Positions 14,278 to 23,647 of a stretch of DNA of 28,411 bases are shown piece by piece. The first letter of the stretch is position 1; each line of letters opens with the position of its first letter. The notes beneath the pieces are model-generated. The model had not been told where the DNA came from and did not search any database. It saw only the letters and a program-made list of their open reading frames with translations. A program made the translations under genes and the position numbers. The DNA is from a virus, in IMG/VR virus record IMGVR_UViG_3300045988_034311, positions 1-28,411 of that record; one strand, given 5' to 3'.

Positions 14278-16322
14278 TGGCCGACTCAACACTGACTTTA
14301 GACGCTGAGATCAACACTGGCGATTGGAACGCTGGCGTCAAAGATATTCAGTCCGGGAGCCGTCAGATCGAACAGTCCGCGCGGCAGGCCGATGAAGCGT
14401 TGGGTGACGTTGACAAGTCTGCTAGCAAGTCTTCCAGCGGTTTCGGTAAGTTCGGTGCCGCCGCCGGTGCCGTTGGCGGTCTCGTGTCTTCGGGTATCGG
14501 CATGGCAGTGGACGCCATCGCCGATCTTACCGGGGATATCGTGGAGGCGTCAGACTCGGCGGACAAGTTCAAAAGCACGTTGAACTTCGCCGGACTGGAT
14601 ACTGGGACTATTGACGCGCTCACCGCCAGCACTCAGGCATACGCCGACCAGACCGTGTATTCCATCAGTGATATTCGCAATGTAACAGCCCAGCTTGCCG
14701 CGAACGGAGTGCAGGGTTTCGACCAGTTGGCTGAAGCTGCTGGCAATTTGAACGCGGTCGCCGGCGGTTCGGCGGACACGTTCAGCTCGGTGGGTATGGT
14801 GCTTACGCAGACCGCTGGCGCTGGCAAGCTCACCACGGAGAACTGGAACCAGTTGGCCGACGCCATCCCCGGTGCATCCGGCAAGCTTCAGGAAGCGATG
14901 CTGAAGAATGGCGCTTACACTGGAAACTTCCGTGACGCGCTGGAGAAGGGCGAGATCAGCGCGGATGAATTCAACCAAGCCATTATGGACTTGGGTATGA
15001 CTGACGCCGCGAAAGAGGCCGCTACCAGCACCAGCACCATTGAAGGCGCGATGGGCAACCTCGAAGCGTCCGTGGTGGGCGTGGGTACGACGATTCTTGA
15101 CCAGTTCAAAGGCCCGTTGACATCGGGCATTAGTATGGTGGCTCAGGGTATCAGCGGGCTTAGTGGCGTGTTTACCGGTCTGGTGCAAACTATCGGACCG
15201 ATTCTCTCGCAGATCGGCACAACGTTCCAGACTGCTTTCGCGCCCATCGCAACGATGATTACCACGCAACTGCTCCCCGCTTTGCAGCCGCTTATGGCAG
15301 CGTTGCAGAATCTCGGGAGCGCGATCATGCCCGTCATCATGACCGCGATCCAGACTATCGCGCCCGTGTTGGCAACCGTGGTGAGCAACGTCATCCAGAC
15401 CATGACAGTCATATCCACGGCAGTGACTCCCGTAATTAACGGTATCGCCAGTGTGATTCAGGCCGTGCTGCCAGTCATCCAGTCAGTCTTCCAGACATGG
15501 GGAGCCAGTATTCAGGGCGTCATCAACGCGGTTTTCCCGTTCATCCAGACCGTCGTAACTTCTGTGATGAACGTAGTCAACGCGATTATCAGTACCGTTC
15601 TGGCGGCTATCAACGGCGACTGGTCTGGCGTTTGGGAAGGAATTCAGAATATCGTTTCTAGCGTTTGGGACGGTATCCAGAATATTGTTTCTGGTGCCAT
15701 CAATGAAGTGTCAGGCGTCATATCGAGCGTGCTGAGCGGCATCAGCAGTATTTTCAGCAGTGTGTGGAACGGTATCAAGGGAGCAGTAAGCGGCGCGTGG
15801 AGTGGTATCACTAGTGCCGTCAGCAGTGGCGTAAGCTCGATGATGAATTTTATTACCAGTATCCCGAGCCGTATCATGGGCGTGTTCAGCGGAGCCGGAT
15901 CATGGTTGCTGAGCGCCGGGCGTAACATTATTCAGGGTCTTATTAATGGCATTACGAACGCCATCGGCGGTGCCATCTCAGCAGTCAAGAACGCTGTTGG
16001 CGGTATCATCGACGGCGCTAAGAGCCTGCTGGGCATCGCGTCACCGTCGAAAGTGTTCGACCGTGAGATCGGTCGGATGATTCCGGCTGGTCTTGGCCGT
16101 GGCGTATCGGAGAACGTGCGTGCGGCCACTCGTCCGGTGGAGGACATGGTGAATTCGCTTCTGCCGTCGTCCATCGTGACTCCAATGCCGGTCATGTCTA
16201 ACCCGGTGCCCATGAACGCGACTAGTGGCCCGCGTGTGAGCGCGCCTATCACGGTTAACGCGCTTGACCCGAACGCGGCGGCACAAGAAACCGTTAGGGT
16301 GATTAATTTCCACTACGTGTGA
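14277..16322 (+). CDS. Tape measure protein
   Basis: 681 aa, Ala/Gly/Ser/Val-rich with long hydrophobic repeat stretches. It is in the canonical position. RBS GAAGGA lies 6 nt before ATG 14277 (GTG 14274 is also possible). Confidence 0.85.
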   Translation: MADSTLTLDAEINTGDWNAGVKDIQSGSRQIEQSARQADEALGDVDKSASKSSSGFGKFGAAAGAVGGLVSSGIGMAVDAIADLTGDIVEASDSADKFKSTLNFAGLDTGTIDALTASTQAYADQTVYSISDIRNVTAQLAANGVQGFDQLAEAAGNLNAVAGGSADTFSSVGMVLTQTAGAGKLTTENWNQLADAIPGASGKLQEAMLKNGAYTGNFRDALEKGEISADEFNQAIMDLGMTDAAKEAATSTSTIEGAMGNLEASVVGVGTTILDQFKGPLTSGISMVAQGISGLSGVFTGLVQTIGPILSQIGTTFQTAFAPIATMITTQLLPALQPLMAALQNLGSAIMPVIMTAIQTIAPVLATVVSNVIQTMTVISTAVTPVINGIASVIQAVLPVIQSVFQTWGASIQGVINAVFPFIQTVVTSVMNVVNAIISTVLAAINGDWSGVWEGIQNIVSSVWDGIQNIVSGAINEVSGVISSVLSGISSIFSSVWNGIKGAVSGAWSGITSAVSSGVSSMMNFITSIPSRIMGVFSGAGSWLLSAGRNIIQGLINGITNAIGGAISAVKNAVGGIIDGAKSLLGIASPSKVFDREIGRMIPAGLGRGVSENVRAATRPVEDMVNSLLPSSIVTPMPVMSNPVPMNATSGPRVSAPITVNALDPNAAAQETVRVINFHYV

Positions 16323-16347
16323 CAAGCAGCGCGGGTAGACTGAAGGT

Positions 16348-17241
16348 ATGGCTATCTTCACTCTTGACCCGCGCGACGTTCGTCTGACCCTGAACGGGTT
16401 CCCCTTGTATGGGACTGACTCATACGGGTGCGAGTGGCACGTGACGTTTCAGAATGTTTCGGGCTTGTTCGACGGCGTTGGTTCGACCTTGCAGACCAAG
16501 GACAAAGCGTGGTCTGACGGTTGGTTCAGCAATATCCCCGTGGCTCAGGGGCGTTCAATCTCCATTGAAGGCCATATCATCGGCAAATGCACGGAAAACT
16601 GCATCAACGCTTGGGATGCGTTCAAGCGTGCGTTCAACATCACCAGCCAGTCGCTTGTAGTGCAATTGGGGAACATCAGCCGTCAGGTGCAGGTCATGCA
16701 ATCGTCTTCCGCTCCATTGGTGGAGTGGGCTGGTGTCAACATTCTCAAATTCAGTATCGGCCTGACCGCTTTGGACTCGTATCTTTACGATACGCAGTCC
16801 GTGAGCGGCAATACCGGGTTGCCGCGCAGTCAGGGCGGTATGACGTTCCCCTATCACTTCGAGAACATCGACACGGGCACGGGTTCAACGTGGGTATGGT
16901 CTGGAACAACAGTGTCGGGTAGCGTGCGCCTCACGAACACGGGTAGCGCTCCGAGTCCGGTGACGATTCGTATCGACGGGCCTGTGGTGAACCCTCAGGT
17001 TGAGCATAGTCCGAGCGGGCACATCATGGCGTTCGACCTCAGTTTGGGCGATGGCCACTATATCCTTATCAACGGCGACACCCACGAGATTCTTATCGAT
17101 GGCACCGACCCTGCGCGTGGCAGTGTGACCCGACGCGAATGGAGCTACGCGGAGATCGGGGAGAACATCTGGATGTTCAGCGCCGAGGGACCCTCGGATA
17201 ACGCGCGTATGTCGGTCACGTTCAATCCCGCTTACATTTAA
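16348..17241 (+). CDS. Distal tail protein (Dit-like)
   Basis: It immediately follows the tape measure gene. 297 aa with a siphovirus tail-family-like N-terminus. Confidence 0.6.
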   Translation: MAIFTLDPRDVRLTLNGFPLYGTDSYGCEWHVTFQNVSGLFDGVGSTLQTKDKAWSDGWFSNIPVAQGRSISIEGHIIGKCTENCINAWDAFKRAFNITSQSLVVQLGNISRQVQVMQSSSAPLVEWAGVNILKFSIGLTALDSYLYDTQSVSGNTGLPRSQGGMTFPYHFENIDTGTGSTWVWSGTTVSGSVRLTNTGSAPSPVTIRIDGPVVNPQVEHSPSGHIMAFDLSLGDGHYILINGDTHEILIDGTDPARGSVTRREWSYAEIGENIWMFSAEGPSDNARMSVTFNPAYI

Positions 17242-17252
17242 GGAGGCGTCGA

Positions 17253-18413
17253 ATGCCATTACTTGCTAACAGGTTGCCGCAGTCTAACGGTTTTTCCTCG
17301 GATACGGCGCGCGTGTTGTGGCAGCGTTCCGGCTTGCAGTTCGTGGCCGTCACGTTGGATGACGGTACTGTGATAGCGGAACTTCCAGACCTTCAACTGA
17401 CTCATTTGACGTACCGTTTCGAGGAAACGACCAGCGAGACGGCTACGCTCCCGTGGCGAAACGCTCCCCGCAATTGGGATGAAGCCACCACACCGTATCA
17501 GGCCGCCATACTCCTAGTGCGCGAATCCACCGTGTTGTGGGGCGGTATCGTAGTCAAACGCGAACGAGTCATGCGCGGCGACGGGTTGACCCTGACACTG
17601 GCGACCGTCGAACACTACTTGGATAACGTGTACGTGCAGGATCACACCTATACGAATCGTGACCAGTGCGATATCGTAAAAGACCTCGTAACCAGTACGC
17701 TTGAAAACCATCGTTTCAATCTTGTTGTCGAAGCGTCACCGAGCAGCATCAAACGTGACCGCACGTATGAAGCCGAGAGCGACAAGACACTGCTAAGCGT
17801 ATTGCAGGAGCTTGCCAACGTGTTGAACGGGCCGGAATGGTGTACATCATGGCGGGCCATCAATGACGGGCATTATGAACCTGTGATGACGGTAGCCGAC
17901 CATATCGGTTCCACCACGCCAAGCACCACGTTCGATGAAAGCGTTATGACCACGTTCACCCTATTGGAGGATTACACCAACGGTTATGGTGCCAACGCGG
18001 TTATGGCGGTGAGTACGGCTGACGCGGGCGACCGTCCGCAATCCGATTGGATGATCGCAGACCAGCCCCACCGGCCTCGGCTCGAATATGTGTTCCAACC
18101 GTCAACCAGCATCAAAAACAAGAGCACGTTGAACGAACACGCCAAGTCCTCGCTGTTGCAGATGCAGGACGGTACTCAGACCATCACTATGGGCTTGAGT
18201 CTGCTGTCCGCTCCAATGGTGTATGAGGAGTGGAACCCGGGCGACCTTATCGCATGGACTGTGGAGGAAGACGCCGAACATTTCCCATACCATAACCACG
18301 GTACCGCCCGTATCATCGGGTATGAGATAGATTTTAGCGGAGCTTGGACTATTACCCCGACGTTGCAACAGGAGGACACTAATGCCGAGCAAATTCAAGT
18401 TCAGTCTAGATAG
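17253..18413 (+). CDS. Tail-associated / baseplate hub-like protein (short Tal-like)
   Basis: RBS AGGAGG. It sits after Dit. 386 aa. Confidence 0.5.
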   Translation: MPLLANRLPQSNGFSSDTARVLWQRSGLQFVAVTLDDGTVIAELPDLQLTHLTYRFEETTSETATLPWRNAPRNWDEATTPYQAAILLVRESTVLWGGIVVKRERVMRGDGLTLTLATVEHYLDNVYVQDHTYTNRDQCDIVKDLVTSTLENHRFNLVVEASPSSIKRDRTYEAESDKTLLSVLQELANVLNGPEWCTSWRAINDGHYEPVMTVADHIGSTTPSTTFDESVMTTFTLLEDYTNGYGANAVMAVSTADAGDRPQSDWMIADQPHRPRLEYVFQPSTSIKNKSTLNEHAKSSLLQMQDGTQTITMGLSLLSAPMVYEEWNPGDLIAWTVEEDAEHFPYHNHGTARIIGYEIDFSGAWTITPTLQQEDTNAEQIQVQSR

Positions 18414-19086
18414 CGCCGACGCGACCGCACGCCAGTTCTTAGACATCAAACGCCAGTTGCAGGAATTGCCGCCGAGTATCGTCAACAGCGTTAAGCCTAT
18501 GGTCGATCAGATCACGGAGATGTATGAGGAAGTGCAGACGCTGACGAACAATCTTGACGAGCGTGTGCAGGAGAGCATCAACCGCAACAGTTACACCCGT
18601 GCCGAGATCGACGCTAAAACACAGGAATGGAACTGGGGGGTATTGACGCCGAACCGTGGTGGTACTGGTACCGGCAACGCCTACAATAACTTGTTTACGT
18701 CCGGCCAATGGCGCGCCGCATGGATATTGTCTAACGGCACTATGGGCACGGCGCAGTCGATTCGTGCGGTCAAAACCGATATCGTGGATGCAGACGATTA
18801 CATTCCCGTTGAGGCTCTCCGTAAGGTGAAGTGGTGCGTCTATCGGATGAAGGATGACAAGAACCTGAACTTTGATGACGCTCAACCGTTGGTCGGTATG
18901 ATCGCGGACGATATGGACGAAAACGGGTTGGGTTTCTTCTGCGAATACGATGCAGACGGCACTCTGGTGGGCATCAACTATCCCATGCTCGGGGTGGCGG
19001 CACTACGGTTGGCTCAACTGGTGGCGGACGAATTGGACGCGCTCAAGGCTAAGGTTGATGAACTATCCTCTACCACGATAAAATGA
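18382..19086 (+). CDS. Tail fibre protein with a C-terminal S74-type intramolecular chaperone domain
   Basis: The C-terminus AQSIRAVKTDI...LRKVKWCVYRMKDD...VGMIADDMDE...VGINYPMLGVAALRLAQLVADELDALKAKVDEL matches the endosialidase-chaperone (Peptidase_S74) pattern. RBS GGAGGA. Confidence 0.65.
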   Translation: MPSKFKFSLDSADATARQFLDIKRQLQELPPSIVNSVKPMVDQITEMYEEVQTLTNNLDERVQESINRNSYTRAEIDAKTQEWNWGVLTPNRGGTGTGNAYNNLFTSGQWRAAWILSNGTMGTAQSIRAVKTDIVDADDYIPVEALRKVKWCVYRMKDDKNLNFDDAQPLVGMIADDMDENGLGFFCEYDADGTLVGINYPMLGVAALRLAQLVADELDALKAKVDELSSTTIK

Positions 19087-19111
19087 GTGTAGACGATTCG
19101 GAGGATTGATT

Positions 19112-19990
19112 ATGGCTATCATCATGCACCCGCTTACCGCTAAGAACGGTTCCCCGGAGTATACTGCGGACGATTACCGTCACGCCATCAACCCTCTATT
19201 AGTTCCGTCTGATGGTAGCGCGTTCAACGGGTTGTCTGGTATCCGTTACGGTTCCCCGAGTCCTCTGGTCACGGTGAGCGGTCTGACCGTTACGGTCAAA
19301 CCTCATTGCGGTACTATCAGCCCGTGGGATGGTCTCGGCGCGTACACTTACGCCATCACCACCAATACGACCGTGAAACTCGCAAACTCCACCAATAGTT
19401 ACAAGGTTGCGGTTACTGTGGAAGACCCCTCGCAGTCTCATGGTACGACTCCGCGCGGAAAGATAGAAGTGTTCCCTGCTGGTACGCCTGACTCGAATAT
19501 CAACGGTCTGGTGATTGCCAAGGTTAACGCCGGGGTCGCGTCGGATACGGCTCCGATGATTCGTAATAACGCGGTTCTGATGGCGCGTGATCTTACCCAG
19601 CTCAACACCATTGACGCGGTGGACGGGCAGGAGGCTATTACGATGGCCGATAATGCCCATTATGTAAGAAACGACAATGCGTGGGAGTCGTCCGATACTC
19701 CGCAGGAAATGATTGTCTTCGCTCACTCAAAGGTTATCAGACGGTCGAGCTCTACGCAGAACCCAGAACTATACTCTGCGAGTGAATTGGAAACTCTCGC
19801 GCAACAGCACGGCGTCACCGGGAATCTTAATAACCCGTGTGTAAGTGTTATGAACGGAGACTGGAATACTACTAGCATCTGGATTAACGGGGTCATGAGA
19901 CAGAACAACACTATCGTACTTAGTCTCAGTAATACACTGAATGCCAATACGCCGCTACGAGTCAACTCTCTCATAGGGTTCGCGCAGTAA
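19112..19990 (+). CDS. Minor tail / candidate receptor-binding protein
   Basis: RBS GGAGGA lies 6 nt before ATG 19112. It is the last tail gene before the lysis cassette. 292 aa. Confidence 0.5.
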   Translation: MAIIMHPLTAKNGSPEYTADDYRHAINPLLVPSDGSAFNGLSGIRYGSPSPLVTVSGLTVTVKPHCGTISPWDGLGAYTYAITTNTTVKLANSTNSYKVAVTVEDPSQSHGTTPRGKIEVFPAGTPDSNINGLVIAKVNAGVASDTAPMIRNNAVLMARDLTQLNTIDAVDGQEAITMADNAHYVRNDNAWESSDTPQEMIVFAHSKVIRRSSSTQNPELYSASELETLAQQHGVTGNLNNPCVSVMNGDWNTTSIWINGVMRQNNTIVLSLSNTLNANTPLRVNSLIGFAQ

Positions 19991-20151
19991 TACGCCGACC
20001 GAACCGGTCACACCGGCATACCACCTTCGGCTCGCGCCTCGACGTTCTTCGGAATCGGAACGACGAAGCTCACCAATTGCTGTTCTTCACATGATAAACG
20101 ACATACTCCCCTATCCCATGAGCATTATCATCATTGTCTAAGATAGAGACT

Positions 20152-20520
20152 ATGACTGATATTCTCACGGCAATCATCGGCGTAGGCGGCGTAGCCCTCG
20201 GAAGCCTCATAACATGGGTAGCCAACCGGCGTTCAGACCTGACCAGCGCGTATCAGGCACTGGTTTCCGCGCAGGGGGATATGAAACGGCAGATCGACGC
20301 GCAAGACCAGAAGATAGACGCGCTAATCAAGAACCGTGATGAGTTGCAATACACTCTCGACTTGGAGACGGGTTATATTCGCGCGTTGGGACACTGGCTG
20401 TCAAAGTTCTGTGAGATCATCGAGCCGGAATTTTTGGCGAGTCATCCTAAACCGTCGTTGCCTGATGATCTACGCGACCGTATTGCATCGCTTGAGGAAC
20501 TGGCTGGAGATAATGAATAG
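20152..20520 (+). CDS. Membrane-anchored coiled-coil protein, lysis-associated by position
   Basis: An N-terminal TM segment (ILTAIIGVGGVALGSLITWVA) is followed by a predicted coiled coil. The start is uncertain (ATG 20152 or TTG 20134). Confidence 0.4.
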   Translation: MTDILTAIIGVGGVALGSLITWVANRRSDLTSAYQALVSAQGDMKRQIDAQDQKIDALIKNRDELQYTLDLETGYIRALGHWLSKFCEIIEPEFLASHPKPSLPDDLRDRIASLEELAGDNE

Positions 20521-20582
20521 CCGAGCCTAATACGCATTATCGGTAATAATAATCTCGATTCGTTCGATGCTAAGATGATCCT

Positions 20583-20714
20583 ATGAGACGTTTCAAACGG
20601 TGTGTGATCCTTGCATTGTTACTCGCCGCCGTCTCGTTGATAGTCCACGTCCTGATAACGGCCTACGCCGTTTTATACATGGCGTGGCTAGTCTTCTACA
20701 CAATCAGCCTATAG
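20583..20714 (+). CDS. Small hydrophobic protein (43 aa)
   Basis: Hand translation: [43 protein letters not shown]. It ends 11 nt before the endolysin start. The RBS is weak. Confidence 0.35.
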   Translation: MRRFKRCVILALLLAAVSLIVHVLITAYAVLYMAWLVFYTISL

Positions 20715-20725
20715 GAGGAATTTCG

Positions 20726-21883
20726 ATGGCTTTGAACGGTATCGACATCAGCAATTGGCAGGCTGGTATCGACCTGTCTGCCGTACCTTGTGATTTCGTC
20801 ATCAGCAAGGCGACGGAAGGATGCTGGTACGTGTCAGCGGATTGCGCTCGACAAGTGGAGCAGGCGTTAAGTCTGGGAAAGTGCGTGGGCGTATACCATT
20901 ACGCCAACGGAGGTAACGCCATCTCCGAAGCCGACTACTTCGTGAACAATTGCGCGAATTGGGTCGGCAAAGTCGTATGGTGCTTGGACTGGGAAGCACA
21001 GGGTAACGGACTGTTCGGGTCTGGCGCGTCTGCACAGCAGTGGATTAGATCGTTCTGCGATCGCGTGTACGAGCGTACAGGCTCCCAGCCTATCGTCTAC
21101 GTGCAAGCGTCGATGCTTAGCGACGTTCAGAACATTGGCGATCGTGGATTGTGGGTGGCTCAGTACGCGAATATGAACGCTACGGGGTATCAGGATACGC
21201 CGTGGAACGAGGGCGCGTATGCGTGCGCGATCCGCCAGTATTCGTCCAATGGACGCCTACCCGGATACTCAGGCAGTCTTGACCTCGACAAGTTCTATGG
21301 TGACGTGAACGCTTGGAACGCATATAAGGCGGGTCATTCGAGTGTGACCAACGTGCCGACACCTTCCACTCCCGCTCCGTCCACTCCCGCTTCAGGCACG
21401 TACACCGTGCGCTCCGGTGACACGCTGAGCGGTATCGCGTCGATGTATGGGACTAGCTGGCAGGTGCTGGCGCAGATCAATAATCTGTCTAACCCGAATC
21501 TGATTTATCCGGGGCAGGTGCTGAAGATCAATGGCACCGCCAATACTGTCCAGCCCGGTAGCGGCACGTATACGGTGCAGTCGGGGGACACGTTGAGCGG
21601 TATCGCCGCCAAGTACGGGACTTCGTGGCAGACCCTCCAGCAGCTTAACGGTATTGCCGACCCGAATCTGATCTATCCGGGTCAGGTGCTGAAAGTGCCG
21701 GGCGGTGCACCGTCCCCGTCCGTTACACCGGCACCGTCCGTTACAACGTACACTATCCAGCCCGGTGACACGTTGAGCGGTATCGCCGCAGCGTACGGTA
21801 CCAGTGTTTCCAGTCTGGTGGCGTTGAACGGTATCGCCAATCCTGATGTGATCTACGCTGGCCAGACGATTCGCGTCAAGTAG
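20726..21883 (+). CDS. Endolysin: GH25 muramidase plus three LysM repeats
   Basis: RBS AGGAGG lies 7 nt before ATG 20726. The N-terminus [13 protein letters not shown]...FVISKATEG...GVYHY...LDWE...LDLDKFYG is GH25-like. Three copies of [18 protein letters not shown]...N......IYPGQVLK are present. Confidence 0.9.
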   Translation: MALNGIDISNWQAGIDLSAVPCDFVISKATEGCWYVSADCARQVEQALSLGKCVGVYHYANGGNAISEADYFVNNCANWVGKVVWCLDWEAQGNGLFGSGASAQQWIRSFCDRVYERTGSQPIVYVQASMLSDVQNIGDRGLWVAQYANMNATGYQDTPWNEGAYACAIRQYSSNGRLPGYSGSLDLDKFYGDVNAWNAYKAGHSSVTNVPTPSTPAPSTPASGTYTVRSGDTLSGIASMYGTSWQVLAQINNLSNPNLIYPGQVLKINGTANTVQPGSGTYTVQSGDTLSGIAAKYGTSWQTLQQLNGIADPNLIYPGQVLKVPGGAPSPSVTPAPSVTTYTIQPGDTLSGIAAAYGTSVSSLVALNGIANPDVIYAGQTIRVK

Positions 21884-21905
21884 ACTATTCGATAGGAGGT
21901 TTGTT

Positions 21906-22181
21906 ATGAGTATTGATACTGGTGAACCGGTCAAGGACACCGTGATTACCAACGAGGTGCCGGACGGTAATGATGATTACGTGCCGACGTTTAACGCCGC
22001 GACTCGCAAGTGGGCGTATCTGGTTTCCGGTCTGGTTGGTATCGCCGGTGCGGTGCTGAGTTTCGTGAGCGCCGTGCCGGACGTGCCGTCATGGGTGGCC
22101 GTGATGGGTGGCGCTTGCGCTCTAATCGGCTCCGGCGTGGCTGGCATGTTCGGCGTCCACTACGCAGGCATCTCCAAGTGA
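21906..22181 (+). CDS. Holin (two TM segments)
   Basis: RBS AGGAGG. 91 aa with two hydrophobic helices (WAYLVSGLVGIAGAVLSFVSAV and WVAVMGGACALIGSGVAGMFGV). It lies directly after the endolysin. Confidence 0.65.
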   Translation: MSIDTGEPVKDTVITNEVPDGNDDYVPTFNAATRKWAYLVSGLVGIAGAVLSFVSAVPDVPSWVAVMGGACALIGSGVAGMFGVHYAGISK

Positions 22182-22189
22182 GGTAAATT

Positions 22190-23495
22190 ATGACAATCGC
22201 ATCCGACTTGTTCCGCACTATCACCGTTAAGATCAACGACATCAGTCAGCAACTCCCCTAGATCGTTGTCAATCAGGCGGATGATAACGGCAAGATCATT
22301 CGTTTCGTCCCAATGGATCACGGGCAGAAAGTCACTGGGTTCACCGGCGCTCGCCTGTATTATCCTCCACGCTCTGACAACCAGTATGGTGATTACGTGA
22401 CCGGTGTCGAGTCTGACGGTGCTTGGGACTTCACTATTCCCGTGGGAGTCTTGAGTGTGGGACGGGTCGGATGCAACCTCGCTTTCATCGACGGGGACGG
22501 CGAGACGTATTCCCGTAATGTCGTGTTTCTGGTCGAACCCGCAGTGTCTGGTGTTTTCGACCCGGAGGATGGTCAGCAAACCCGTATCGACAAGATCATC
22601 GGCACAGTGCAGGATACCGCTGATACGGTTATCAGAAGCGTTAACAAAACCGCTAGTGACGCTGTGGAAAGCATCAGTAAGGCCGAGCAATCCATTAACG
22701 AGAGTGTGACGGCTGCGCGTGGTTCAGCTAATGCCGCAGCGAACAGTGAATAACAGGCGTCCGCTTCCGCTAGCGCGGCGCAAACCAGTGAACGGAACGC
22801 CGCCAATAGTGCCACGCAAGCCTCGCAGTCCGCTACGGCGGCGAAGCAAAGCAAGGATAACGCGGCAGAGAGTGAACGGAACGCCGCATCGAGCGAACGG
22901 AACGCCGCATCGAGCGAACGGAACGCCGCATCGAGCGCCGAACAGGCTGCTAATATTGTTGCGTCTGTTTCCGGTTCCGTCACTCAGGCCGAAAACGCCG
23001 CACGGTCGGCTTCGCAATCTGCGAGGGCTGCGGCTGGTAGTGCGAGCGAGGCCGGTGTGAGTGCTCAAGCTGCGGCTGATAGTGCGAGCGAGGCCGGAGA
23101 GAGCGCGACTGCCGCGAAGGTTTCGGAGACGAATGCCGCGTCCTCGGCTTCCGCCGCGAAGGTTTCCGAGACCAATGCGGCCGATTCGGCCACTGCCGCT
23201 CAACAGGCCGTGGAAGGCTTCGGTCTGGAGGTCGGCACGACGACCACGGGCGAACCGGGAACGGATGCCGCGGTCGAGGAGCGTGTCGGCAAGCTCGAAG
23301 CGGGCGGTGTGGAGCCGGGGCGAACCCGAGGAGCCCGCGGATGAATGGCCGGAATGGGTGCGCCCCACCAGCAAGGACACGCAGTACCATAAGGGCGACA
23401 AGGTGATGTTCAACGGGCGGCACTACGTGTGCCAGAAGAATAACGTCAGCTCGTCGCCGGACGAGGATGCGAAGCGCTGGACGCTCGTGGAGTGA
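22190..23495 (+). pseudogene. Disrupted BppU-N-like / Ala-Ser coiled-coil / CBM5_12-like fibre protein gene
   Basis: One frame runs from ATG 22190 (RBS GAGG) to 23344 but holds TAG at 22259..22261 and TAA at 22751..22753. The BppU-N-like motif (ITVKINDISQQLP*IVVNQADDNGKIIRFVPMDHGQKVTGFTG) spans the TAG. The C-terminal W..W....YHKGDKVMFNGRHYVCQ......P......W module is in the +1 frame, and the join is at the G4 run 23317..23320. Confidence 0.6.
22871..22933 (+). repeat. 21-bp tandem repeat x3 (encodes SERNAAS x3)
   Basis: agtgaacggaacgccgcatcg at 22871..22891, and agcgaacggaacgccgcatcg at 22892..22912 and 22913..22933. A partial copy lies at 22787..22804. Confidence 0.9.
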
Positions 23496-23559
23496 CAGCC
23501 GGTAACACGTAACCTCGTGGTAGACTGTTATTGCTCCTTTCGAGCGATGGTGTGATGAC

Positions 23560-23602
23560 CGAAAATAAAAGAAAACGGCACCGGTGTTGATCGGGGTGCC
23601 GT
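23560..23602 (-). terminator. Rho-independent terminator for the leftward operon
   Basis: acggcacc (23575..23582) pairs with ggtgccgt (23595..23602). On the minus strand this is followed by the U-rich tract complementary to gaaaataaaagaaa. Confidence 0.6.
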
Positions 23603-23609
23603 ATTCTCG

Positions 23610-23647
23610 CCCGGCACTGGTCTTGATGACTGGTGCCGGGTTCTTTT
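23610..23647 (+). terminator. Rho-independent terminator for the rightward operon
   Basis: cccggcac...gtgccggg is an imperfect hairpin (23610..23640), followed by ttctttt. Confidence 0.6.

Noticed and set aside
19112-20151. A diversity-generating retroelement acting on the receptor-binding gene, with the 160-bp gap after it as a template repeat
   Set aside because: No reverse-transcriptase ORF exists anywhere in the genome. I could not find a second copy of the C-terminal coding sequence to serve as a template/variable repeat pair.
22259-22753. Stop-codon reassignment (an alternative genetic code) to explain the in-frame TAG and TAA
   Set aside because: TAA, TAG and TGA each terminate several well-defined genes in this genome at positions consistent with homologous protein ends. 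Examples are terL (TAG), endolysin (TAG), rusA (TGA) and the DUF3310 protein (TAA). No tRNA gene was seen. Two different stops plus a frameshift in one gene fit decay better than recoding.
22573-23423. Minus-strand ORFs 22573..22983, 22724..23413 and 22980..23423, and plus-strand ORFs 22719..23060 and 23061..23300
   Set aside because: They are artefacts of the Ala/Ser-codon repeat region, where GC-rich repeats stay open in several frames. Only one plus frame gives a biologically sensible repeat protein. The listed coordinates for 23061..23495 cover only its N-terminal Arg/Pro-rich part, which is rejected. The last ~60 codons of that ORF are real (CBM-like).
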